DNA of 64,000 nt from Candidatus Bathyarchaeota archaeon (lineage in GTDB: Archaea; Thermoproteota; Bathyarchaeia; Bathyarchaeales; Bathycorpusculaceae): contig CAWFFH010000007.1 of the NCBI GenBank assembly GCA_963815095.1, forward strand, positions 60,457 to 124,456, read 5' to 3'. The notes below the pieces were generated by a model, which was not told the DNA's origin, made no database searches, and worked only from the letters and a program-made list of their open reading frames with translations. A program made the translations under genes and the position numbers. Shown piece by piece: positions 19,406 through 29,433 of this stretch (the stretch's first letter is position 1; each line of letters starts with the position of its first letter).

Positions 19406-21492
19406 TCAAGAACCCCTTGAGTGAATTTTTCGGCTAATTCCTGATTTTTTCTAGAAACAATTAGATTGTCTGCAAGTTTTTCAAGTTCTTTTTTTATGTC
19501 TAAACGAGAATTGCTTCGAAGCAAAATTTCAGCTATGGTCTTTTGAATATCTTGGGAGCCCTCTTTTAATTCTGCTAGCACGGTTTCCATTTTGCCAATT
19601 GTCATTGTAAACAACTCAATTTTTTGATATAGGATATGAAGGACATAATCGTCAATGGTATCTTTGACACTTAGGTTGAAAACCGTAACATCCCGATCTT
19701 GTTGGAACCTATGAATTCGCCCTATACGTTGCTCGATTTTCATAGGGTTCCAATGCAAATCATAATTAAACATTATACAACAATTTTGAAGGTTCAAGCC
19801 TTCCGCTGCTGCATCGGTTGCGACAAGATATTTGGTTTCGCCTTTTTTGAAACTTTCAATAACTTTGTCTCTATCATTTTGATCCATATCACCTAAGTAG
19901 ACAGATGTTCTTCCAAAGTCTTGATCCAACATCTCTTTGAGTTTGTGGGTCGTTATTTTTCGTGAGCAAAATATTATTGCTTGTTCGTTGGGAATTTCTT
20001 TTAGAACGTTTCTTAACAACTCCATTTTTGCGCTATTGACTTTTGTCGCCATCTCAATTAAATGGCTAGTAACCTGGACCTCTGAAGGGAACCGTAGCTG
20101 TCTTTTTTTTAACGATTCAATAGCGGCTGACGGTGAACTTGAGAAAGACTGCTGCAAAGTAACAGCTTGAAACACTAAAATCGCGTTGCTTTGAGATGCA
20201 CTGATTTTTCTATTCGGATTCTCGGCCATTAGGGTCTCTATTGTTTTGAAATGGTTTTTGCTCATATCCCGCAGGTATTCGGTTGCTTGATCAATAAATT
20301 CACGTTCGCTTTCATTTGCTTCGAGAGATCTGGATTCAACGCATCGCTTAGTAAATGGAATTCCTGTTTGTTCTCGGCGAGTTCGACACATTACGTCTCG
20401 AAGGCTCTGTCGTAATTGGCTTGCTTCCTCTTCTTTTACAATTCGGCTTTTCGCGTCTTCAGCAAATCGAGAAATAAATGCACGTTCACTGTCAAGAATT
20501 CCAGGCTGAATTAAATCTACAATACTGTACAAATCCGTTAGCTTATTGCATAAAGGAGTAGCGGTAAGAAGCAAGAAATGATTCTTTTTTAAATTGGCAA
20601 TACAGGCTCTGCCTTTGCTATGGGTGTTTCTGAATGCATGCGCTTCATCTATTACAATTAAGTCCCATGTTCGACTTGCAAACTGGTCAATTTTTCTAGC
20701 TAAAAGGTTATGAGAACATAATATTCTATCGTCAGTTTCAATCATAACGTGTTCTTTTGGGGTATTAGCTATAGAAAAGTTTTCTCCAAATTTTTCAGCC
20801 ATTTCAGTTTTCCACTGAGACAAAAGACTCTTGGGCGAAATAATTAAAATTGAATTAATCTCTTCTCTTAGAAGCAACTCTTTCATTATGAGCCCAGCCT
20901 CTATGGTTTTGCCAAGTCCCACCTCATCAGCTAAAATAGCATTTGCGTTCATATCATTTATTACTTGAAGTGCGGTTTGCATCTGAAAATTATACGGAAT
21001 TAGTTTTGTTCGCAAAGCATCTAAAGCAATTAGTTGGTCGATTTTGCCCATATGTTTGATTTTGTGTGCTTCTAAATTCAATTGGAATTTCTGAAATTTT
21101 GAAAAACTCTTTGCCATGATTTTTTCTTTTATGCCGAAGGGATCGGAGAAACAAAGGGCATATTTGTGTTTAACTTTTTCACCGGTTGCTGTTTCCTCTA
21201 CAAATTCATCCGAAATCATTCTCGGGGGAGATTTTATTGCCGTGGTTGATGTTTTCCCAACTAAGAGCTTCTTACTGTTCTTTTTGGGTAGCTTCTGAGT
21301 CTCCTCTATTGGCTTATCAACAATTAAAGATTCAACGCCTAAAAGTGAGGCACATTTTTCACAAATCTTGTCCTCAAGCTTCCCAGTTACAGAATCGGAT
21401 TGCCCGCACGCGCGGCATTTAGCTTTGGAGTTAACAGGCAAGGGAATCGCGGTGTATTCCATCTCTAAGTATAAAAAGATAAAGTCAACCAA
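19402..21492 (-). CDS. SNF2-family helicase (YqhH-like) with N-terminal Zn finger
   Basis: ILADEVGLGKTIEAG, DEAH, LTATP, EGLNLQ and WNPMKIEQRIGRIHR motifs. The true start may be ATG 21462. Confidence 0.9.
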   Translation of the reverse strand: MVDFIFLYLEMEYTAIPLPVNSKAKCRACGQSDSVTGKLEDKICEKCASLLGVESLIVDKPIEETQKLPKKNSKKLLVGKTSTTAIKSPPRMISDEFVEETATGEKVKHKYALCFSDPFGIKEKIMAKSFSKFQKFQLNLEAHKIKHMGKIDQLIALDALRTKLIPYNFQMQTALQVINDMNANAILADEVGLGKTIEAGLIMKELLLREEINSILIISPKSLLSQWKTEMAEKFGENFSIANTPKEHVMIETDDRILCSHNLLARKIDQFASRTWDLIVIDEAHAFRNTHSKGRACIANLKKNHFLLLTATPLCNKLTDLYSIVDLIQPGILDSERAFISRFAEDAKSRIVKEEEASQLRQSLRDVMCRTRREQTGIPFTKRCVESRSLEANESEREFIDQATEYLRDMSKNHFKTIETLMAENPNRKISASQSNAILVFQAVTLQQSFSSSPSAAIESLKKRQLRFPSEVQVTSHLIEMATKVNSAKMELLRNVLKEIPNEQAIIFCSRKITTHKLKEMLDQDFGRTSVYLGDMDQNDRDKVIESFKKGETKYLVATDAAAEGLNLQNCCIMFNYDLHWNPMKIEQRIGRIHRFQQDRDVTVFNLSVKDTIDDYVLHILYQKIELFTMTIGKMETVLAELKEGSQDIQKTIAEILLRSNSRLDIKKELEKLADNLIVSRKNQELAEKFTQGVLD

Positions 21493-21698
21493 AACGCCAT
21501 TTTAGCACGCATAATCAACAATCTGCTCCATCAAAATTCACTGATTAAAGTTAATTTATTTTAGAGAAAAAAGAGACCAAATTCGAACAAAAAAACACAA
21601 CCACTCAAACAAAACCAAACAATGCTTAGCGCGTAAGCTGTTGCTGTACGAGCACAGTCACAAAGAGTTATTTTTCCAAATGTAAAACTCATAAAGGA

Positions 21699-22700
21699 AT
21701 GCTTATGTCGGACATTATTGACGTCAAAGATCTTGTTTTAGTTTACGGAGACGGCACCAAAGCAGTGGACAACATCTCTTTCAGCGTGAAAACTGGAGAA
21801 TTCTTCGGATTTTTAGGCCCCAACGGCGCCGGAAAAAGCACCACAATTAAGGTTCTAACAACTCTTCTAAGAAAAACATCAGGAACCGTTACAATCGCGG
21901 GTTACGATGTTGCAAAGCAAGCAGTCGATATTCGAAAAATCATAGGCGTTCAAAGTCAAGAAACAACTGTCGACGGCGATTTAACAGGTAGAGAAAATAT
22001 TACCCTTCAAGGGCATTTCCATCAAATGAAAACTGATGAAATCAAAAGACGAGTAAACGAACTTCTGGGTTTAGTAGGTCTTGAAGAAGCTGCCGAAAAA
22101 CGTGCCAGAAACTACTCGGGCGGAATGAAAAAACGCCTAGATTTGGCTACAGCCCTTGTCCATAAACCAAAAATCCTATTTCTAGACGAACCAACAACAG
22201 GCTTGGACCCTCAGTCACGTTCAGCCATTTGGAGTTATCTGGAAAAACTAAACAAAGAAGAAGGCATAACCATTTTCTTAACAACCCAATATCTAGAAGA
22301 AGCCGACAAACTATGCAAAAGACTTTCAATAATTGACGTTGGAAAAATAGTTTCGAGTGGCTCTCCGGCTGATTTAAAACGTGAAATTGGCGCAGATTCC
22401 ATAAAAATATCACTTGAGAATTGTTCAAAAGACCAACTTAAAGCAAAAGAACTTATCAAAACTCTGATAGGTGTTAATGAAATATTAGTTTCTGAAGAAT
22501 GCCTCACGGTTTATGCCAAAAACGCTGGATTATTAATACCGGATATTGTAAGGGCATTAGACAGCAGCGAAATACGGCTTTCATCAGTAACGTTTTCTTC
22601 GCCTTCACTGGATGATGTCTTCATGAAGCACACCGGAAAAAGAATCCGCGCCGAAGAACTCGTTAAAGCTCCCAGCACAATGTTTGGAGGACGACGTTAA
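21699..22700 (+). CDS. ABC-2 exporter ATP-binding subunit (DrrA-like)
   Basis: GPNGAGKST, YSGGM and LDEPTTGLDP motifs. Confidence 0.92.
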   Translation: MLMSDIIDVKDLVLVYGDGTKAVDNISFSVKTGEFFGFLGPNGAGKSTTIKVLTTLLRKTSGTVTIAGYDVAKQAVDIRKIIGVQSQETTVDGDLTGRENITLQGHFHQMKTDEIKRRVNELLGLVGLEEAAEKRARNYSGGMKKRLDLATALVHKPKILFLDEPTTGLDPQSRSAIWSYLEKLNKEEGITIFLTTQYLEEADKLCKRLSIIDVGKIVSSGSPADLKREIGADSIKISLENCSKDQLKAKELIKTLIGVNEILVSEECLTVYAKNAGLLIPDIVRALDSSEIRLSSVTFSSPSLDDVFMKHTGKRIRAEELVKAPSTMFGGRR

Positions 22701-23471
22701 ATGACTCTACTTTCTGATACTCGTTATGTTTTTATAAGGTACATGACCAAACTTGTTCGAACTCCTATTTTGCTTTTCTTTTCGCTCTTCCAACCCCTTT
22801 TGTTCCTTTTGCTATTTACACAGTTACTAGGCAAACTTGGAAATTTTGGAGTATTACCGAATGGCGTAAGCTATATAGAGTTTGCAACTGCGGGAATTCT
22901 GATTCAAAACGCGTTTGGAAGCGCTCTGCAATCAGGAAACTCAATTGTGGCTGACATCGACTCAGGGTTCCTACAGAAAATGCTCGTGACACCTATGAGT
23001 CGTCCTGCGATTCTGCTAGGTAGGTTAACCAGCGACGCCTTTAGAGTAGTTGTCCAAACTGCAATAATTCTAGGTTTAGCTTATGCATTGGGCGCTTACG
23101 TCAACACAGGGATCATCGGAATTTTACTAATCTTTTTCACACTTGCATTCTTTGGTCTTGCATGGTCAGGAATATCCTTAGCATTAGGCATGAAGACGAG
23201 AAGTGCTGAGACAGTTTTTGCCATAGGAGGCGTTATTACTTTTCCATTGCTGTTCTTGAGTTCAGCTTTATTCCCGGTTACTTTCCTGCCCACCTGGGTG
23301 CAAGACGTTTCAAGGTTTAACCCCGTAAGCTACGCCGTTGACGCCAGCCGAGCACTAATGATCAATGGCTATGACTGGGGCACGATTCTTCCCGCATGGG
23401 GCGTAATCGGATTAGTTGCACTGATAACATTGAGCGCTACGCTGTATCAATTCAGGAAAGTAGTCAGCTAA
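22701..23471 (+). CDS. ABC-2 type permease (DrrB-like)
   Basis: About 6 TM and an NPVSYAVD motif; abuts the ATPase gene. Confidence 0.9.
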   Translation: MTLLSDTRYVFIRYMTKLVRTPILLFFSLFQPLLFLLLFTQLLGKLGNFGVLPNGVSYIEFATAGILIQNAFGSALQSGNSIVADIDSGFLQKMLVTPMSRPAILLGRLTSDAFRVVVQTAIILGLAYALGAYVNTGIIGILLIFFTLAFFGLAWSGISLALGMKTRSAETVFAIGGVITFPLLFLSSALFPVTFLPTWVQDVSRFNPVSYAVDASRALMINGYDWGTILPAWGVIGLVALITLSATLYQFRKVVS

Positions 23472-23760
23472 AAAGCTGATTCTACTTAACAGGATAAAGG
23501 TGTGCATTCACTTCAGCGGGTTTGGGTAACCGCTTAATTTTGTACCTCAATCACATCACAGCCTGATAAAATATTATCGTTTATTTTATTAATCCTTTAC
23601 AGCGTGTTGATTGCTCTACAGTTCATGTTCATTAATTTTGACTATATACTTTGCTGCTGAAATATGGAGAAAAATGTTTGTTTAGTATAACAGCTAATAT
23701 ACTTGAACGAATAATTTTCCCTCGAAGCGAATCGTACTCTTCGGGGAAAGGAGCGGCGCC

Positions 23761-25455
23761 GTGCTTAACAAACTCTGGAACACATTAAATAAACTGTCCT
23801 CTAAAAAACCCTTAAAGTACACTCTCTACCTTTCCGCAATCATAATCTTCTTTGCGATAATCCTTGTACCGCCGATAATTGGTATTCTTCTAAAAATTGG
23901 AACAGTTCAAAATGTTCTCAACCAGCCAGCGTTGATGAATACGGCGTTATCTGCAGTCCAAAACTCGTTTATAATTGCATTAGTGGTGGCTGCTTTGGAT
24001 TTACTAGCTGGAGTGCCTTTAGCATGGTTGATTACCCGTGGCAAATCCAGGTGGTTAAGTGTTCTTGATACCTTAGCCGACATTCCCTTTGTTGTGCCTA
24101 CAGCGGCTTTGGGTTATTCTATTTTGTTGTTTTGGAGTTCAACGGGCGGAATCTCAGACCTTTTCGGTTATTCGCTAATTTCCCCCGGCTGGCTATTGGT
24201 TATGCTGTTGCATTTCACCTTTTCCTTCCCTGTTGTTGTTCGAGTCATTGTTGGTGCTTTGCTTGATTACAAGATGGAGTATGAACGTGCATCACGAACC
24301 CTTGGAGCACCACCTTTAACCGCTTCGAGAACAGTAACTTTTCCTATCATAAAACCTTCTTTGATAGCGGCATTTTCTTTGGCTTTTGCCCGTTCCCTCT
24401 CTGAGACTGGAGCAACATTCATCGTGGCGGGAGCTTTCATAAATGGCCCCGTTTTTATTCAAGGGTTGAAAAATCAGCTTGCAAGCGGTGTACCTGTACC
24501 TATCACTCAAGCGACATATGAAGGCGGCACCGTTTTTGCCAGTCTTATACTGATCGTTGTTTCACTGGTCATATTCGGTTTGATTCGGGTTCTAGGTCAA
24601 AAGTTAACGTTGCCTTTTGGAAAGGGTTTGCCCCTTGTTGAAAAAAAACTCAGTTACAAGAAAACAGCTTGGACCCGAAATGGAGTAGCTTTGACTGTTT
24701 TCCTGATTGTAGTTCTGATTCCTTCGCTTTTTGTTGCTTTACCAGCTTTTCAAGCAATTGCAACTGGTAACACTCTTGTTCAAGCATTTACTGGGCAGAG
24801 TATTTGGGCAAGTTTTTGGCAAAGTCTTTTACTGTCATATAGTTTAGGCGCAATTGTCACTGTGATTGGCATACTTACTGGCATACCGATGGCGATTTTG
24901 ATTGCACGAAAAACATTCGGCAAATGGCCCTCAACTATTCTTGACTCGCTAATCAACATTCCACTAATAGTGCCATCCATTGCATTAGGTATCTCTTTGA
25001 AATTCTTTTGGCAAGGTGTCCCCGGAATACCAGAATTCCTGCTGCTTGTATTTGCCCACCTATCAATTACCTACCCGTATTTCGTTAGGTCCATGTCAGC
25101 AGCGATGGAGAGAATAAACGTTGACATGGAAGAGGCAGCAAGAACCTTAGGCGCCAGACCCTTTACTGTCTTCAAAACAATTGTGTTGCCTATCACAAAA
25201 TACTCAATTCTCTCAGGAGCCATCATTGTATTTACTCGAAGCGTAAGTGAAACGGGGGCTACGTTAGCTGTAAGTTCGAAGCTTATCACTGCGCCGGTTT
25301 TGCTTGTTAACTGGGTAAACTCGGTACGAGGAATAACAGCTTCAATTGTTGGCGTTAACTCTTTAACTGTTGGTTTAGCCTGTGGCTTCTTGATATTGTT
25401 TAGTTTCATAATCCTGTTAGTTTTGAGGCTTTTAACTAGAAAAGGAAAGGTTTAG
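23761..25455 (+). CDS. ABC importer permease with two fused TM domains (ModB/WtpB/FbpB-like)
   Basis: Two EAA loops (ERASRTLGA, EEAARTLGA) and two copies of RSxSETGAT. Confidence 0.85.
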   Translation: MLNKLWNTLNKLSSKKPLKYTLYLSAIIIFFAIILVPPIIGILLKIGTVQNVLNQPALMNTALSAVQNSFIIALVVAALDLLAGVPLAWLITRGKSRWLSVLDTLADIPFVVPTAALGYSILLFWSSTGGISDLFGYSLISPGWLLVMLLHFTFSFPVVVRVIVGALLDYKMEYERASRTLGAPPLTASRTVTFPIIKPSLIAAFSLAFARSLSETGATFIVAGAFINGPVFIQGLKNQLASGVPVPITQATYEGGTVFASLILIVVSLVIFGLIRVLGQKLTLPFGKGLPLVEKKLSYKKTAWTRNGVALTVFLIVVLIPSLFVALPAFQAIATGNTLVQAFTGQSIWASFWQSLLLSYSLGAIVTVIGILTGIPMAILIARKTFGKWPSTILDSLINIPLIVPSIALGISLKFFWQGVPGIPEFLLLVFAHLSITYPYFVRSMSAAMERINVDMEEAARTLGARPFTVFKTIVLPITKYSILSGAIIVFTRSVSETGATLAVSSKLITAPVLLVNWVNSVRGITASIVGVNSLTVGLACGFLILFSFIILLVLRLLTRKGKV

Positions 25456-25506
25456 AATGGCAAATCATAAACACTTCAAAAACGCTACACAGGGAGAGAG
25501 TTAATT

Positions 25507-26607
25507 ATGCCTGACGTCAGAGTCGTAAACGTAACAAAAAAATACGGCAAACTCTACGCCTTAGACAACGTTAGCTTAACCATACATGACCAAGAGTACT
25601 TCTCTTTGCTTGGACCAAGCGGTTGCGGCAAAACAACACTTCTAAGGCTAATCGCCGGGCTCATTGAACCCGATAGCGGCGAAATCTACATAGGCGACCG
25701 CCGCATCGACAAAGTACCTCCTGAAGACCGCGACATCGGCTTTGTCTTCCAAACCTTCGCTTTGTTCCCACACATGACTGCTTGGAGCAACGTTCTATAT
25801 GGCCCAAAAGTCAAGAATTACGATGCAAAACAGGCAGAAACGATAGGACACGAAGTTCTTGAACTAGTAAAGCTCAACGAACGCTTGAACGCATATCCAA
25901 GCGAACTCAGCGGCGGAATGATGCAGAGAATAGCCGTTGCTCGAGCCTTGGCTGCAGGCGCGAAAACTCTACTTTTGGATGAACCCTTGGGACAGCTTGA
26001 CGCTAAAGTGCGCAACGAGATTAGGTATGAAATTCGTAGAATGGCAAAAGACCTCAAATTAACTGCAATCCACGTAACCCACGATCAAGCAGAAGCAATG
26101 TCCATCTCTGACCGTATAGCAGTCATGAAAAAAGGCAAGATTGTTCAGGTTGGGTCCTCACAGGAACTTTACATGAATCCAAACAGTTTGTTTGTGGCTC
26201 ATTTCATTGGGGAATCCAACTTTTTAGAAGGTTACATCACTAATGCAAATGGCCAATCGGATATTGAGTTGAGGGAGGGTTTGAAGATTAAGGCCTCAAA
26301 CCCGTTGAATATTAAGCCAAGCGAAAGAGTGGTTTTAGCTATAAGACCCGAAACGTGCGAAATGAGAAAGGGGCATATTGTGGCTGAGAATAGTTTGTTT
26401 GGGAAGGTTGAGAAGGCTACATTTGAAGGTATTGTTGTTCGTTATGAAATCAGGCTTGATAATGGAGACCGATTCGTGATCAACCGACCCTCGCTTACAG
26501 AAGAATGGGGTAAAATCGGTGAAGACGTGACAATCACTTACCCACTGGACAAAGCACATTTGTTCCCATATCCAGAAGCTGGTTTAGCCGAGGAAATCAA
26601 AGTCTAA
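25507..26607 (+). CDS. ABC importer ATP-binding subunit (PotA/WtpC-like, TOBE domain)
   Basis: GPSGCGKT, LSGG, LLDEP and VTHDQAEA motifs. Confidence 0.92.
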   Translation: MPDVRVVNVTKKYGKLYALDNVSLTIHDQEYFSLLGPSGCGKTTLLRLIAGLIEPDSGEIYIGDRRIDKVPPEDRDIGFVFQTFALFPHMTAWSNVLYGPKVKNYDAKQAETIGHEVLELVKLNERLNAYPSELSGGMMQRIAVARALAAGAKTLLLDEPLGQLDAKVRNEIRYEIRRMAKDLKLTAIHVTHDQAEAMSISDRIAVMKKGKIVQVGSSQELYMNPNSLFVAHFIGESNFLEGYITNANGQSDIELREGLKIKASNPLNIKPSERVVLAIRPETCEMRKGHIVAENSLFGKVEKATFEGIVVRYEIRLDNGDRFVINRPSLTEEWGKIGEDVTITYPLDKAHLFPYPEAGLAEEIKV

Positions 26608-26978
26608 GGCTTCGTACAACATGAGATTTCTCATTTTTTAGCGTGCTTATTAATTTTTTTAAAAAACATGAAATTTTTCATATTTTTGTGCTTAAAATTT
26701 AAAAGCAAGTGTAGTATTTCTATGTGAACTAGCTCGGGGTAGTATGGGAGAAAAAAGTGCAGAGGGAGAGGGTATACTAGGCAACTTTGTTGAAAATGAA
26801 GTTGCTTTCGTGAAAGACATCTGTCCTTCAAACACAGTTACTTTTGCTCATCTGCACAGTTTCTATCCAGATAAATTTAAATATGGTCATACCAAGGCTT
26901 TTGGTTATAAACAATACAAATTAAACTCTACTCTTGAGGGAGATTTAATGATTGAATGGATAAATGGAGAGATGAATT

Positions 26979-27323
26979 ATGGATTATGAAGCGATTATTG
27001 AAGCCCTCTTAGCATTCCTATTAGTCTTCATCTCAACTTATGCAATATACGCTTTAGGCAAGCGTGCAGCGCCTAAAACTACTATAAGCGAAAACGAACA
27101 ATCATCCTACGCTTGTGGAGAAAAAGTAGTTTTCCGCGGCGTAAAAATCAACGTATCACTCTACAAATACCTGATTTACTTTGTTATCTTCGATTCATCC
27201 GTTTTAGTTCTTGCTTTCGCCTCTTTCTCAATAGCAGGAACAACAAATCCTCTTCTTTTAATTCTCTACCTCGGCATAATTCTTGCCGCAGGAATAGTTC
27301 TCGTCGAAGGAGGAAAAGAATAA
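26979..27323 (+). CDS. nuoA: hydrogenase/complex I-like subunit, NuoA homologue
   Basis: 3 TM, YACGE loop, YFVIFD. Confidence 0.8.
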   Translation: MDYEAIIEALLAFLLVFISTYAIYALGKRAAPKTTISENEQSSYACGEKVVFRGVKINVSLYKYLIYFVIFDSSVLVLAFASFSIAGTTNPLLLILYLGIILAAGIVLVEGGKE

Positions 27324-27862
27324 TGACTGACACAAAGACATGGGCACGAGTAAAATCGCCATGGGTTCTACACTTTAACTCAGGAGCTTGCAACGGCTGC
27401 GACATAGAAATAGTCGCTTTACTAACACCAAAATACGATGTTGAACGCTTCGGAGTAAAACTTGAACCATCACCACGCCACGCTGACGTTCTCCTAGTAA
27501 CAGGCTGCGTTACCCAGCAATGTGCAGAACGACTAAAACGAGTCTATGACCAAATGCCACAACCCAAATTCGTTGTCGCCATTGGCGCATGCGCATGCAG
27601 CGGCGGAGTTTTCGAAGGAAACTACAATGTTCTTGGCGGAGTAGACAAAGTAATTCCAGTAACCGCTTACATTCCAGGGTGCCCACCGCGTCCAGAAGCA
27701 ATCTTAGACGGGGTAGTGAAGCTCCTAAATGCTTTAAACCCGCCCAAACCTAAAAAACAATCTAAACAGGAAAAAGCGCTTGAGGTTGCCAAACAAGAAG
27801 CCGTAGTAACACAAACGGCTCATCCAGTAGTTGAGGAGGTAAAACAAATTGTCAAACAATAA
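27323..27862 (+). CDS. nuoB: group 4 [NiFe]-hydrogenase small subunit (NuoB homologue)
   Basis: ACNGCDIE, SPRHADVL, GACAC and PGCPPRP motifs. ATG 27323 overlaps the previous stop; the longer ORF-track start is rejected. Confidence 0.9.
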   Translation: MTDTKTWARVKSPWVLHFNSGACNGCDIEIVALLTPKYDVERFGVKLEPSPRHADVLLVTGCVTQQCAERLKRVYDQMPQPKFVVAIGACACSGGVFEGNYNVLGGVDKVIPVTAYIPGCPPRPEAILDGVVKLLNALNPPKPKKQSKQEKALEVAKQEAVVTQTAHPVVEEVKQIVKQ

Positions 27863-29426
27863 AATAGATATTCTTAGCATAATTGAATCAAAACTTGGAA
27901 ACAAGGTCCAAATCCAACCAGGACACCTGAGCACAGGAACAATAATTGCTCAAAACGGCTTGCACCGGGAGGTCCTAAAAGTGATGCTTGATGCTGACGA
28001 AAAAACAGGCATAACAGCCATAACTGGATTAGATCTTGGAGCAACCATTGGCGTTTATTATCATGTTCACACATCCAACGCGTTTGTAACTATCAAAGCT
28101 CAAGTCCCTAAAGAAAACCCCAAAATCCAAACTATCGTAGACTTACATCCAGGCGCAGTTTTTCATGAACTTGAAGTGGCTGATCTTTTAGGTGTCGTTT
28201 TCGAAGGACACCCAACCCCTGGTCATTTTGTTTTATCAGAAAATTGGCCTATAGGTGTTTACCCGCTCAGGAAAGACGTTAAAGCAAACGAAGTAAAGCT
28301 GGTTCCAACCCCAGTATCTGAGGAAATTAAGCTTCCCGAAAATGAAAAGCTCGTGAAAATCATCATTGGTCCCCAGCATCCTGCGTTGTTGGAGCCTGAA
28401 AAGTTCGCGGTAACTGTCGAGGGTGAAACTGTAGTCAAGGTTGAACCACGAATTGGCTACGTCCATAGAGGCATCGAGAAAGCAACTGAGTCACGCACTT
28501 ATCTGCAAGATGTTTATTTGGTTGAACGAATCTGTGGAATCTGTAACAGCATCCATGCAGCAGGCTTTGTTGAATGCGTCGAAAAAATAGCAAAAACAGA
28601 AGTTCCTCCACGAGCCAAATACCTACGCGTTGTTGCTTTAGAACTCAACAGGCTCCATAGCCACCTACTGACTTTAGGTCATGCAGGCTTAGAAATCGGG
28701 TACGAAACTTTGTTCCAGTATTTCTGGAGAGACCGAGAACCAATTATGGATCTAATCGAGTTAACCAGCGGCAACCGCGTTTACTCTTCACTCATGACCA
28801 TAGGCGGCGTACGACGAGACATCAAAGACACAGATATTCCAAAAATCAAATCTACTCTCAAGACACTTCGAGGACAATTACCCTTCTACAGACAAGTTTA
28901 CGAAAATGAACCCACACTTAGGTTGCGCATGAAAAACGTCGGGGTTCTCAAAAGGGATGATGCCCTTAAGCTCTCAGTAGTTGGTCCAGTGGCGAGGGCT
29001 TCTGGCGTCGACATTGATGTTCGCAAAGATGAGCCTTACGAAGCATACGACGAGATTCCCTTCAAAGAAATAGTCTACAAAGAGGGCGACACTTGGGCTC
29101 GAATGAACGTTCGTATGGATGAAGTTGAAGAAAGTATCAACATAATTGAATATGCAGTCGATAACTTACCATCAGGACCTTTCCGAATCGCTACACCCAG
29201 ATCAATACCTGCAGGGGAAGCGGTAAATCGCGTTGAAGCTCCAAGAGGCGAACTATTCTACTACGTTAGAAGCAATGGCACAGACATGCCTGACCGCGTT
29301 AAAGTCCGCACTCCGACATTCGCTAACATTCCATCATTCCTCAAGACAGCAATAGGAGAGAGTATAGCAGATGTACCCGCCAACTTTGTTAGCTTAGACC
29401 CCTGCTTCTCATGCACAGACCGGTGA
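27849..29426 (+). CDS. group 4 [NiFe]-hydrogenase large subunit, fused NuoC+NuoD-like
   Basis: N-terminal NuoC-like domain (ELEVADLLGV.FEGHP...YPLRKD); GPQHP; L1 ERICGIC and L2 DPCFSCTDR supply all four Ni-Fe cysteines. Confidence 0.92.
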   Translation: MSNNKIDILSIIESKLGNKVQIQPGHLSTGTIIAQNGLHREVLKVMLDADEKTGITAITGLDLGATIGVYYHVHTSNAFVTIKAQVPKENPKIQTIVDLHPGAVFHELEVADLLGVVFEGHPTPGHFVLSENWPIGVYPLRKDVKANEVKLVPTPVSEEIKLPENEKLVKIIIGPQHPALLEPEKFAVTVEGETVVKVEPRIGYVHRGIEKATESRTYLQDVYLVERICGICNSIHAAGFVECVEKIAKTEVPPRAKYLRVVALELNRLHSHLLTLGHAGLEIGYETLFQYFWRDREPIMDLIELTSGNRVYSSLMTIGGVRRDIKDTDIPKIKSTLKTLRGQLPFYRQVYENEPTLRLRMKNVGVLKRDDALKLSVVGPVARASGVDIDVRKDEPYEAYDEIPFKEIVYKEGDTWARMNVRMDEVEESINIIEYAVDNLPSGPFRIATPRSIPAGEAVNRVEAPRGELFYYVRSNGTDMPDRVKVRTPTFANIPSFLKTAIGESIADVPANFVSLDPCFSCTDR

Positions 29427-29433
29427 TCCAACA

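Noticed and set aside
26744-26989. 81-aa ORF before the hydrogenase operon
   Set aside because: It spans the probable promoter region and has no recognisable features.
27113-27322. N-terminal extension of the small hydrogenase subunit
   Set aside because: It overlaps nuoA out of frame; ATG 27323 gives standard coupling.
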